Below, one piece after another: positions 40,900 through 53,652 of a stretch of 64,000 nt of DNA. The position numbers were made by a program, and so were the translations under genes. Position 1 is the stretch's first letter. Every line of letters begins with the position of its first letter. Under the pieces are notes generated by a model. The model saw only the letters and a program-made list of their open reading frames with translations. It was not told the origin of the DNA and ran no database searches. The stretch is from contig OZ024740.1 of the NCBI GenBank assembly GCA_964016885.1, positions 161,386,001 to 161,450,000 of the forward strand. The letters are read 5' to 3'. The DNA is from Eledone cirrhosa (lineage: Eukaryota).

Positions 40900-43800
40900 A
40901 CTTGGGGAGGGTCATATTTGTGTAATACTGCCAGAATTAATAACAGAACGCACTCACTGTTTGGTTGGTTTTCGCTTTTCGCTTCTGTGTCTTTTATATC
41001 GGTAATCTAATTTATTCGGTCCTCAATGTTGCCATTGACTGACCAACGGTCAAAAATAATACAGATACAATATAGACACAAACACATATATATAGTTTAT
41101 CAAAGTTATTTCATCTGCAACATCGTCAGTGGTGCTATTGTTTCCTCCCGTTACATTGTATGTCTACGCCATCTTTATTTAGTCTGTTTATATATTTATT
41201 TATTTATTTGTTTGTTTGTTTATTTTATTTTGTCTTCTTTGCGCATGCGTTTGCGTGTGTGTATAGAGTTTTGTTTGATGTGTGTTCGTGATTGGGTGAC
41301 TGTGTATTGGTTAAAGTATTCTATCTTTACTAGTGTGTTTATATGTGTTTGTTGTTATTGTGCTTGTGTATGTATTTATTTATTTATTTATCTATTTATT
41401 CATTTATTTATACTTCTCTTAGGTCAGTGCTGTTTGTTTGGGTGTTGTTATTATTCCATTCATTCTTTCTGTTTAGTCTTGGCCTTCTAAGTTCTATTTC
41501 ACTGGCCTCTCTGATTTGCCTATCTGTTGGGTCTTTTCTATGTTTAGATATTATTCTAATTTCTATGTTGTCTATGTTACCGTCGTGTTCTTGTCTGGCA
41601 TGTTCGTATAGTACTGACCCGTTTTTTCGTCCTTTTAGTCCCCCCCCCCCAGTGTTGGTCTATCCTTTCACCTATGCTACAAGCTGTCTCGCCTATGTAT
41701 GTTGTTGTCATGTTTCTGCAAGTACCCTCTGTACATCTTATGCTATAGACTACGTTTCTAGTTTTACAGTTTATCCGGGGGTTTACCTTACATATGATAC
41801 ATTTCCTATTAGTACAGTGGGTTTTCTTAAAAGGGTAGGTTTTGCTGATCAGGGATTTTATGGTGGTTCCTGGCTTTTCTACCACCTTAACCTTTAAGTG
41901 GGTCTTTCTCAGGGCCTTTCTACGCTGGTTAGCTAATTTCCCTCCAGGGGTAGCGTCCACAAACATGACACTCTGGTATCTCTGGTTGTCGTACCATGAG
42001 GTGGCTTTCCCTATCTTATGTCTAGCCCTATCTAAGCTATTCCATGATTTGCTCCTGTATAATGGGCAAATTCCTTTCATGTCCAGTTCTATGAGGGTCT
42101 TATACTTCTCCATGGCTCCTTCGTATACTCTGACTCTGTCTCTTTGGTTGTAGCCAGAGAACTGCATGTGGTTGATGAAGTGTTGGATGTGTCTTTCCAT
42201 TTCTGTTTGGTCGCACATGCGGGACACATTCTTCATCACTCGTACCAAATTTGCGATCAGAATATTAAACTTAGCACTACTGGACATTGCTGAGTTTTTG
42301 AGTATCAGGTATTTGAGTATCAGGTATTTGGAGGCCATGGGTTTAGCATAGTGTGAGTGGAGAATTTGGGCTCTCTCGTCTATAGTGTTAATCTAGAGTT
42401 CCGTGTCTAATACAGGTAGTCTATTGTTAGGGTGTTTGGAAGGGTAGTCGATAGTTACAGTTATACTTTGGTGTATGGAATTAGCTATCTGCTGGATGCT
42501 TTCCATTGTGCTACGTTCTAAATCAAACTTGTTAGTGCTCTCTAGTGGGGATGTTCTTATAACTATATTGATATCGTCTACATAACGAGAGTACATGATG
42601 AGGTCTATGGAGCTCTCATTAAGGAGATCTTTAAGTCTCCTTTCCCACCATACCATAAAAAGGTTGGCAACATCACCAGCTATGCTGACGCCAATGGCTG
42701 CTCCCTCATTTTGGGTGTAGATCTCGTTGAACTTGAATATCTGGCCCTTTAGGATAGTTTTGATACTAGCCCCTATTGCATGTGCGACCATTTTTCTCAC
42801 CTGATCATTGTTTGGGGGGGTCCGTATAGCTTTGGTCCACCCAATCCACCTTCCCATGGGAGTCTTTTTTGCCATTGAGGTTATGGTGGGGTGTCTACCT
42901 TTTATGGGTCTACTAGGGCAGAAACGTCTAAGGTCATGGTTGTCTAGGTAGTCAGTGTCGTAGGTAAGTCTAAGTAGGAGGCCCAGTTCGTCTGTGTCGA
43001 CGTCGCAGAACTGCACCTCACTCTCAATGTTCATCTCCACACATTTTTCCACAGCAAAATCAATGTTAATGGATGGGTACAGTGATACCACATCCATGCT
43101 GCCTATTATGCAATTGGATAGGTTCCTGTTTTTGTTGCACTCACTGATTCTGAGGAGGTCCTCTGTACTGTCACATACATCTGGGGACATCTTGATTATG
43201 GGGCGTATAACCATTGAGAGGAAGTAGGAGATCCTGTAGTTGCTAGCTATATTAGCTCCGCATACGGGTCTTGTTGGTGGTCCTGTTGTCGGGTCGTCGA
43301 CTGTCTTGTGGTCTTTGCGGAGCCCATACAAGGGTGGTATGCCATTGTTAGACGCCTGGAAGTTGTTGGCAGTGCGTCTGCTTGGCTTTAGGATGTCAGT
43401 CCACATCATCATGTGAGCGTTGAGGATTTTCTCTCTCCCATCATGTGTTTGCTGTGCAATTTCGCTCGTGTTTGTGATGTGGGGTTGCATAGCCTTGATG
43501 TAGTTCGGCATGCTATCTATTGACATCCCTCCAGACTTATCTGTGGGTAGACATACTACCTCACCATCCCTTGTGCGCTGCTTGAGGCTAACCAAGCCTT
43601 CTACAGGTTTCCTCCCAAGTTGTTGGGCCTCTGGTCTGCTCTGTCTCTTAGTATACCGGTCTACTATTTGTCTAATCTTATTTCTAGCTATGGTGAACTG
43701 TGCCTCTGTCTCGTCATCTATTTGTTGTGGTATGCAAACTCTTTTATTAAAGGGCAACCTCGTAGGATAGATATTACCCATCTTATATGTTTTGTCAGCT

Positions 43801-44873
43801 GGGTTGAAAAATAGTTTCTCTAAGGGGTTGTCATTATATCTATCGTCATAGTTGTGTGTGTTGCTATTATTGTTATTATGGTGGTTGTTGTTGTTACTGT
43901 TATTTCTACCATTGTGGTTGTTACTTTTATTATGTTTCTTGTTTTTGTTGTGTCTATCATTAATGTTGCTACATGTATTATTTCCATTATTACCACTGTG
44001 GTTGTTGTTGTTGTTCGTATTGTTACCGTTATTACTACTGTGGTCGCTGCTACTGTGTATGTGGTTAATGTTTCTATTATTATTATTAGTGTGGTTATTG
44101 TTGTTGTTCTGTCTATCGTTAGTATTATTACCATTATTACTATTTCTCACTCTCCTGCTATTGTTATTTTTATGGCTGTTATTTCTATACTCAGAGTTAT
44201 TGTTTATATTAATACTACCATTATTATTGTTGTTGTTGTTGTTGTTTACTTTTTTCCAACGTATTTTTGTGAAACACTTTTCCAGCTCCGTTTTTCACTC
44301 CATAGGGTTAATCTTTTTGTAGATGGCAAATTTTGGTGGTAGCTGCAGGATTTGTTGTTCTTGTTCACTGATTAAAGTGTTCCCATAAATATTTACTGTG
44401 TAGTCATTGGTAAATTCTTCCGGTAATTTTACATCAGTCATACGGATATTGTTGATGTTATCTGGGTATTTTTGAGAATATTCTATTTTCCTTTCTTGTA
44501 GTTTTTTCTTATTCATCCATTCTAATTTCTTATTTAAATGCCTATTGCATTCGTTTCGAGGGTATTTCCTTTCACGTCGGATGACGCTCATGAAGTCATC
44601 CCTTTCGTTTGGTGTGGCGAGATTTCGGACTTCCTTACCGTTAATGCGTTTCTGTCTGTAAAGTTCGTTGACTTTTGTGTATGTTGTTTTTTTCATATTA
44701 ACTGTTATTGTGTGTTTTAGTCGTTCAGCTTCTGTTTTGTTCAATAATAAATTATTTACTTGTTTTGATATGTTTGTTGTGTATATTTTGGAGGAAACAC
44801 AGTGTTTTAAGAAGCAGATTTGTTCTGTTGTTATTGTAGTTTTGTGTAATTACTACCATCATATATATCTATA

Positions 44874-44937
<64 letters not shown>

Positions 44938-44949
44938 TATATATATATG

Positions 44950-44995
<46 letters not shown>

Positions 44996-45019
44996 TATGT
45001 ATATATATGTATATACATA

Positions 45020-45105
<86 letters not shown>

Positions 45106-45505
45106 GGGTGGGTCATATTTGTGTAATAATATTCCCAGAATTAATAACAGAACACACTCACTGTTTGGTTGGTTTTCGCTTCTGTGTCTTTTATATCGGT
45201 TAATTTAATTTATTCGGTCCTCAATGTTACCATTGACTGACCAACGGTCAAAAATACAGATACAATATAGACACCAACACATATATATAGTCTAACAAAT
45301 AAATAAATAAATAAATAAACAGACTAAATAAAGATGGCGTAGGCATACAATACAACGGGGGGAAACATAATAGCACCACTTACGATGTTGCAGATGTGCA
45401 ACGAAAGAACTTTGTTAGACTATATATATATTTGTTTCGACACACAATATTTGTTTCGGCACACGATTTCATATCAAAAACCTCGCAAAACTAATTCATC
45501 GCCGT
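40900..45505 (-). mobile_element. Long PLE (RT + GIY-YIG) with terminal repeats at both ends
   Basis: ORFs 42393-44150 (LPTDKSG, LYGLRKDHK, SMDVVSLYPSI, GAAIG, YSRYVDDI, LPVLD) and 41577-42338 (NVVYSIRC..YIGET). Repeat 40900-41100 recurs at 45105-45290, with an inverted piece at 45295-45425. Confidence 0.9.
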
Positions 45506-45527
45506 TATATATATATATATATATATA

Positions 45528-47572
45528 CAGTGGGTCCTTGATAAACGGTAGTTCTTTATCCGGTAAATTCACAGATACGGTTTTGGGTAATTACTACCAT
45601 CATTTCTAAATGGTAAAAAAAATTCACAGATATGGTTTTTGGTCCTGTTTTGTTTATATAACGTCCTGTGAATATTGCTGATGCAGATGGAAAGCCAAAC
45701 GCATGAAGAAGAGCCTGACGTTTGAGATAAAGCTGGACATTTTGAAAAGGAAGGAACAGGACAAGGTACGTTCGCCATAAGTCGTAACTTAGGCCTAGCC
45801 CAGTCTACAATCTGTACTGTTTTAAAAAATGGTGAGGCTGTCAAAAAAGCTGGGGAGAATGCTACGAGTCTAGAGAGTAAATTGCTGACGAAACATCGTG
45901 AGCCGATTATGGATAGGATGGAAAGGTTGTTCAAAATTTGGATCGACGACCAAAATTGTCAAAAGATGCTTCTGTCTTTAAATGTAATCAGTGAGAAAGC
46001 ATTGCCCATTATTGACAGGCTGAAGACTGAAATTGGGGTGGAGAACTTTGTATTCAAGGCAAGCAAAGGCTGGTTTGATAAGTTCAAATGACGTTCGAGT
46101 CTTCACAACATAAAAGTTACAGGTGAGGCTGCCAATTCCGACAAAGAGAGTGCTGAAAAATTCAAGGCAGAGTTAGAGAAATGCATTGCAGAGAAGGAGT
46201 ACAGCAAAAAACAGGTTATTAATTATGATGAAACAGGACTTTATTGGAAAAAGATTACCAGTAATACTTATATTGACAAGGAGGAGAAAAGTGCGAAGGA
46301 GTTCAAAGCCTCAAAGGACCGCGTTATTCTGTTACTTGGAGGGAATGCAGAAGGAGATTTAAAGCTAAAGCCACTCATTATCTACCATTCGGAAACTCCA
46401 ATAGCACTCAAGTGGTTACTTAAGCAATACCTACCAGTGATATGGAAGTCTAATAAGAAGGCATGGCTGATCACTTCAATTCACCAGGATTTTTTTACCT
46501 CATATCTGTCACCAACCCTTAAGGAATATGCATTAGCTAACAACATTGCCAACCGTTTTCTGCTATTAGTGGACAACGCCCCCCAGCCGCCCACGGGCAA
46601 TGGAAGACTGGTCAGCAAATATTGAGATTTTGTTTCCCCCCCCCCCCCCAATCACCACAGCTCTCATTCAGCCGATGGATCAAACAGTCATCAAAACATT
46701 TAAGGCATAGTACCAGCAGAGAACCATGCTGCAGCTGATAAAGGGCACAGGTGGGCCTGACAAGCCCACGATCAGGGAATGTTGGAAATTGTACAACATC
46801 AAGGACGGCTTAGACAACATCAAGGCATCTTGGGAAGAAGTGAAGCAGTCTACCATGAACTTGGCCTGGAAGAAATTATGGCCAGCATGTGTGAATGACT
46901 TCCAAGGCTTTGCTGAGGACATTGGTGTGATAAAAAAAAGATATTGTAAATCTCTGGCTTAGAGCTGGCTTCGATGGTGTTAATGATGATGATGTGCAAG
47001 ACCTTTTGGAAAGCCGAGCTGAACCACTCTCCAATTATGAACTCATAGAACTAGACAAGGCGATACATAGAACTAGACAAGGCGAAACAATCTTAGAAAC
47101 CCTGAAAGAGCGTGACCCCAACCCTGCTAGGAGCAGTAAAGTGGCTCAAGACATCGAGAAAAGCGTCAAGATTTTCCAAGAAATGTATGAAGCCAAAAGA
47201 AACACTGCCAAACATTCCTCCATCTACTCTTTCTTCAAGCCAGTCACACAGGCCAACCGTGCTACAGCTGGCCCTTCAACATCCACTGCAGTCAACGAGT
47301 TTGTTGGTTTTGAGCCTCCCACATCACCCTCATCCTCCCCTTCCAACTCAGTCCAAGATGAGCAAGGGCTGAAACCCGTACTGTCATCCGATGGACTACG
47401 CGGCATGTGTAAGGTACAGTAAATTAAAAAAACATTATTTCTTTTCTGTAGGGATGACTTTTTCGATGTGCTGGAATGCATCCCTATCTATTTCTGTTAT
47501 AATGGGTTCTTTATACGGTAATTCGATATAAGGTAAGGATTTCAGGAACGCATATATACCATATATCGAGGT
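45528..47572 (+). mobile_element. Tigger/pogo-family DNA transposon, transposase pseudogene
   Basis: Starts TA|CAGTGGGTCCTTGATA. Contains FKASKGWFDKFK, NYDETGLYWK, KASKDRVILLLGGNAEGD.KLKP, LLLVDNA, LIQPMDQ.VIKTFK, with stops and frameshifts. Confidence 0.9.
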
Positions 47573-47586
47573 ATATATATCAATGT

Positions 47587-47658
<72 letters not shown>

Positions 47659-47662
<4 letters not shown>

Positions 47663-48260
47663 AAATAACGAAACGAAATTAAATTTCGTTTCGTTTGTAA
47701 CTCACTTTTGTATGACTGACGCTTAAACAATTAAGTTAAAAAATTAAGTTAAAAAATGTACATCCACATATGTATACTGAAATACTAGTATGCATATGAA
47801 TACACACACGTGTACATATGTAGATGTACCGAGTTTTTCACTGGACACTTTACTGTGAGTGTCCAGCTATTCTGTATGTAAACACACAGACAAACCGGTT
47901 TTTAGAGTCATACTGGTTTTCGAAGAAACACCTTTCCTCTATTCTCCAGAAAGCCAGACAAGGAATATTGGACTAGTTTCGATGTTGTTACATCTCATCA
48001 GCAATATTTACCTATCTTCCGGCCTTTCTAGAGAATCGTAAAAGCACATATCGTTATATGCTTTTTCTATGAAAATTAGTAGTGGGCAGACTAATTTGCA
48101 TAGAGCGTGAGTACGTACCGGTTCAGCGGAGACGATAAAAACAAATAACGAAACGAAATTAAATTTCGTTTCGTTTGTAACTCACTTTTGTATGACTGAC
48201 GCTTAAACAATTAAGTTAAAAAATGTACATCCACATATGTATACTGAAATACTAGTATGC

Positions 48261-48262
<2 letters not shown>
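47659..48262 (-). mobile_element. Non-coding HHR mini-element (family B, ~480 bp period) between (TA)n
   Basis: Direct repeats ~47659-47797 and ~48138-48262. Motifs parallel family A (GAAACGAAATT..TTTCGTTTC, CTAATTTGCATA, ACGATAAA). Confidence 0.8.
47964..48008 (-). ncRNA. Minimal type I hammerhead ribozyme, fully paired (family B)
   Basis: Minus strand reads AATATTG-CTGATGA-GATGT.AACA.ACATC-GAAAC-TA-GTC|CAATATT. Confidence 0.9.
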
Positions 48263-48291
<29 letters not shown>

Positions 48292-48719
48292 TATAGAGAT
48301 AGATATATATATATATACATATATATATATAGATATTCAAAACAAAAAACAGCGGAGGACGCGTTTCGCACCTTTCCGACAGACAACCTGTCCCCCACCC
48401 CGGAAAAAACCCCCAGTTGATGGATGTGAATCCGAAATATATAGGGACAATTAAATCTCTCCCAAGGTAACTCGCTCTCGTGTTGTTATTTTAATTTTAT
48501 CCTTTATACTCTTTCCTTCATTCCTCTACACGTCTTATACACACCATGCATCTCAACGTACACCCACTTACATCTCTCTCTCCACCACCGGATCTTGTTA
48601 CCCGGAGATTTACCCATTTGCATTGTCGAGGCTTCCAAACGACTTAAAGATATTTACCTATTATTCCAAAATGCTTCAAGCAAACTTCAATACTCTCTTA
48701 TATACATATATTTATATAT

Positions 48720-51700
48720 GAAAACAGGGAGAAAGAGACGATTATTAGGAAGAAAAATATTTTTTTTCCTTTTTCATTTCTCTCTCTCTTTTTTCTGGGT
48801 TAGAAAATGATTAAAACGAAATGTTTTACTTTATGTGAAGTGTTAAGGTATTAGTTGATTTATTTATTAATTAACAATAGCATTTAATTATCTATTTGTA
48901 TATTTAATAATTATCTATTACAGGTTTCAGCATTTTTATGCATTATCAAATGATAGTGGTATGTATTGGTGTAGAATGGTGGTATTGCACATGTTAAAGA
49001 AATGGTGCAGAAAGAATAATGTTATTTACAAACAAGGTTTATGAAATGAAAAGAAAAAAGAAAAAAGAAAAAAAGAGGCGTAAAGTAGAGCATAAAAAGT
49101 CAATGTGAAAGAAAAAATAATGTAATTTACAGGCATAGTTCTTGAAGTTAAGCAGATCAAAATGTGTTAATATAGCAAGGGTGCTTAGTTTATCCATGAT
49201 TCCATGATGGAGGCAAATGGTGGACTGTCGTTTGATATGATTTCCCTTTTTAGAGAGTTAATATGCAGGGGGAGGCAATTCATGCTGGATGATATTTAAT
49301 TTATTTAAGAAGAAGGATTAGGTGAGGGAGGTAATTCTTGTAAATGTTTGATTGTTTGTTCCAATTTTAGTTTGGTCCGAAGTTTAGTGAATTAAGTAGA
49401 GGTTGGAATTTGTTAATGAAATATGTTTCCTATTGGTACGATGGATGAAAGTAGCGTTGTCTATGAATTTGTAAATGGGGAACATTTTAAAGTTTGGATG
49501 TTGGTTGTGTGTACAATTAGCGATATGTTCACTAAATGCAATCTTTCTGTATTCCTGTATTTTAATTTGTGATTTATGGACGGTCATACGTTGACGGCGG
49601 CTGTTTTTTGTCTGTCCTATGTAGTACTGTGACAACCTGAGCAGGTCAAAACATAGATTAGGTTTTCGGATGCACATGTAAAGTTGTGTTTAACTGTGAA
49701 ATGTTGTCCTTGTTTAAAATGGAATGTTGAACCTTCTATTAGATTTATGCATATGCCACAGTTGGGCCTTCCGCATTTTGTTACTGTAGGGTTCATTGTG
49801 AGGGTTTGTTGGATTTTGGCTTGTGTGAGGATGTTTTTTAGGGATTTAGGTTGTCTTTTGATCTTTATGATGTTTTGTGTTTGGAGGATTTTGTTCATTC
49901 TTGGGTCTCTTTTTAGTAAAGGAATGTTCTGGAGGATGGTGTCGAATGCCTCATTGTTGAGGGGGTTGTGTGTGGAGATGTATGGTAGAGTTTTTGTTGC
50001 GGTTCATTCCTGGGTTTGGGGTGTCTGAGTTCCTGGATGTCGAGTTTTAGGGCACGTTGGAATCCATTGTTGATTAGGGATGGTAGGTAGTTTCTGCTGA
50101 TAAGTGTATTTTTTAATTCTTCTAGTCGTGTGTAGCATGTGTATTTATCTGAAACTATTGTGCAGATCCTTCTGGCTAGGTTATAAGGAATTGCCATTTT
50201 GGTGTATCTAGGGTGGCACGAGTTGAATGGGAGGTATTGTTTGGAGTATATGTCTGTTTCTATGTTGTTGTTTGTTTTCTTGATGATGATGTCGAGGAAA
50301 GGGAGTTGTTCATGGCTGTAATTCATTGTGAATTGTAAGTTTGTGTTGAGTCCATTCAGAAGGGTTTTAAACTCAAACAGTCTATTTATACTTTCATGCC
50401 AGAGGATGAAGCAGTCGTCCAAATATCTCTTCCAGTTCTTTTCTATGTGTTGGTAGAAGTGGTTGCCGTATTTGTCTAGAACTTTGCGGTAGAGAGTGGT
50501 TTCCAAATATCCCATGACAAAGTTGGCGTATGAGGGGGCTTCTTTCGTACCCATGGCGGGCCCAGATTTCTGTCTGTAGTATTTGGCATTGAATTCGAAG
50601 TAATTGTTTTCCAAGGTGAATTTGAGTCCCTCCAACACAAATTCTTTAGGGGTGCGCTGTGGGAGTTCACTAGGGAAATTTTCAAGCCAGAATTGTATTA
50701 CCTCTATAGCTAGGTTATGTGGGATATTGGAATATAAATTGATGACATCAAAGGTTACTAGTAGGGTATATTCATCATTGAGTGTTGTTGGGAGGTGGTT
50801 GAGCATGTCAAGGTTGTCCCTTATGAAGCTTTTTATGTGTTTTAGGAAAGGTTTAAGCAGAATATCTAGGAAGTTGCTTAGGCGGTGGGTTACACATGTG
50901 GTGCCTGCTATTATGGGTCTTAATTTAAGGTCATCAGGAGGGGCTATATTGATGTAAACGTCTGTGGCTTGCTTGCAGGCCCAACCTATTACTTCGCTTT
51001 TGTGTGTCTTTGGGATACCGTAGAAGAGGCTGGTTCTGCTTTTGAAATTGGTGATGTAGTTGTATTCCTTGTCTGTAAGGCCTTCTTTGTAAAGGATTGT
51101 TAGGGATTTTAGGTTTCTCATTATTTTCTGTTGTGTGTAATGTTGGGCCTTTCATAATATGTTTGGTTTTCTAGAGTTGAGAGTACTAGAGTCGTGTAAT
51201 AATCTGTCTCCATAAGGACTACTTCACTCCCTTTATCTGCCTCTTTGATTGTTAGGGTTTTGCCGTTTTTTAGACTGTTAAGACCATTCCATTCTTTTTT
51301 GCTTAGGTTTGTTTTTTGTTTATGTCTGTGTAGGTGGTGGTATGGGTAATTAGTAATGTGTTCGCAGAATTGATCGAGGAATTTGTCCTTGCCTTTTGGT
51401 GGGGTGTAGTTGCTTCTATTTCTGGCTATTGAGTCATCCTCATTGTATTTGTCGTATAGTTGCTCGCTGAGTCTTAGTTTTCTACAGAATTCTGCAATAT
51501 CTTCCTTCATTTCGGGGTAGTTTGGTTGTTGGGGAGTTGGTGTAAATTTTAGACCTTTGGAGAGTATGTTGATTTGGTCTGTTGTTAATTCTTTAGAGGT
51601 TAAATTAACAATTTTTATTGCATTTTGTGACTCCTGTGTGTTTTGTGTTATCTTGTTATCCTGTGTCTGTGTGCTGTGTCTAAAAAATGATTACGGAAGT

Positions 51701-53304
51701 TGTGATGGCTGTTGAAGTTTGGATGTCTCTTATAGTTGTATTGGCCCCTGCTGCTGTTGTTAGATGGTGTGTAGCTGTGGTGGTTGTTGAGTTTAGGTTG
51801 TATCGTGTGGTTGTATTGAGCCCTGCTGATGTTGTAGGGTGTGTAGATTTGATGGACGTGGTTATAGGGTGTGAAGTTATGGTGGTTGTTGAAGTTGGGT
51901 TGTATCGTATCGTTGTACTGAGCACTGCTGTTGTTGTAGGGTGTGTAGACTTGGTGGTAGTTGTAGTAGGGTTGTCTTGTGTGGTTATATTGAGTCATGC
52001 TGTTGCTGTTATATGGTGTGTAGCTATGGTGGCTGTAGTGGTTAGGGTGTCTCGTGTGGTTGTATTGTCCCCTACTGGTGTTGTTGTAGTAGGGTGTGGT
52101 TAGTGGGGGAGGGTAGATTAGGGTTTCCTTATAGCTGGTGTGTGGTTGTGAGGCCCCGTGTGACATGTGTGGTAGTTGTGTATTTTGGTTTCTACGTTGG
52201 AAGTAATGATGGTTGTGGGTTTGTTGTGTAGGGATGTTAGGGGGGTTGTAAGTGTGGGGGGTTCTATGGTTTCTCCTGGTGGAAGAGAAGTTGTAGTGTC
52301 TATCTTGTAGCTGATGTTTCTCTATTACTATATTTGTTGCTTGGGTCCGTGTGGTAGTTGTGTGGAGGATGTAGGAGGTAGGGGCGAGGTGATGCCTACT
52401 TTTTTTGGTATTTGGGGAGGTATTGTTTTTTTTTTGTTGTTGTTGGTTGTTGTATGGTGTTTGGGTGTTGATTGAGTTTTCTTGTTATTATGGTTTTAAT
52501 GAAGGGGTTCTTGGATGTGTGTTCTTTTTGGAAAAGTGTTTCATAGTTAGAGAACCAGGTTTCGTTTATTTCCCAACGTTGAAGGGATTTTAATTATTCC
52601 TTATTACAGTCCTCTAACCATAATTTTGAAATATTTTCTAGGGTGGTGTCTTTGGTTTTATTGATAATTGCTTGATTAATCTCATCGTCGATTGATTTGA
52701 TCCTATCTTCATTTGCTTGGGCTCTCAATTTAAGGAGTTCAATTTCGGTTTTTATGTTATCAAGTGCCATTCTTTCCCTGAGGCGTCTTTGAGTCTCGGG
52801 TTCGTTTGGGATGGATTTAATTTGTAGTTTGCGGGGGATGATTAATGGGGATGAGTTAATCCATTTTTCATAGATCTCCGCTTTGTTATTGTTTTGTATC
52901 ATCTTTCAAAATGAGAATTTCCTGTTTTTAAAAGATGTGTACCAGTGTGGTATTAATTGGTTTTTTATTTGGTAAGTTGTAAGTGTATTAGTGTCATGTG
53001 TATTTTCGTTCGTTTGAATAGGGTTTGTGTTGTTATTCAGGTGTGTTTTTATTGTTTCACATAAGTTGTTGATATTGTCGTTGATTTCATAGGATGTGTA
53101 TTTGGGAATTGTTTCTGCACTTGTAGAGTTTAGTTTGTTGGTGAGTATTGACAAATTAGAGTTAATTTTTTGTAGTTCTTGGAGTATCTCTTGATTGGTG
53201 CTAATGAGAGTGGAATCTGTTTTTGTTTTAGTATGCATTTTCTGTATCTCGTGTGGGAGTGAATAATAATAATAATAAAATGCGGGGAGGAAGCACACGA
53301 GTTA

Positions 53305-53307
<3 letters not shown>
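48720..53307 (-). mobile_element. Near full-length PLE (long N-terminus, RT, GIY-YIG), frameshifted
   Basis: ORFs 52906-53298, 52594-52902, 51121-51510 (KEADKGSEVV), 49913-51121 (FYGIPKTHK, LRPII, WKRYLDD), 49617-49898 and 49384-49677 (NLIYVLTC..YYIGQT). Confidence 0.92.
48912..48955 (-). ncRNA. Hammerhead motif, U3-A8 core variant, in PLE 3' terminal region
   Basis: Minus strand reads TATCAT-TTGATAA-T.GCAT.AAAA.ATGC.T-GAAAC-CT-GTA|ATAGATA. Homologous motif at 12235-12276. Confidence 0.6.
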
Positions 53308-53369
<62 letters not shown>

Positions 53370-53652
53370 TTAGAAACACACAGATACATGCGGACACACA
53401 CATATATACAGGAGTGCATCCGCACCCAACTGTGAGTTAAGGGTGCCAACTTCACCGATGTTGCTCAATGAATGACTGGGACAGACCAATTCAGTTGAAC
53501 TAGACTGAACCAGTATCAGAGTTAAAAATACATTATGAAGAGAGAAGAAACATTTAGATATAATTAGTAATAAAATGTATCATACCTAAACTGCTCCTAA
53601 ATTCCTCGACTACTATATATATATATGAAAACAGGGAGAAAGAGACGATTAT

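Noticed and set aside
48352-48420. CGAAACGCGTC half-motif on the minus strand
   Set aside because: Upstream core reads CTGGGGG and stem I does not pair. At most a decayed HHR.
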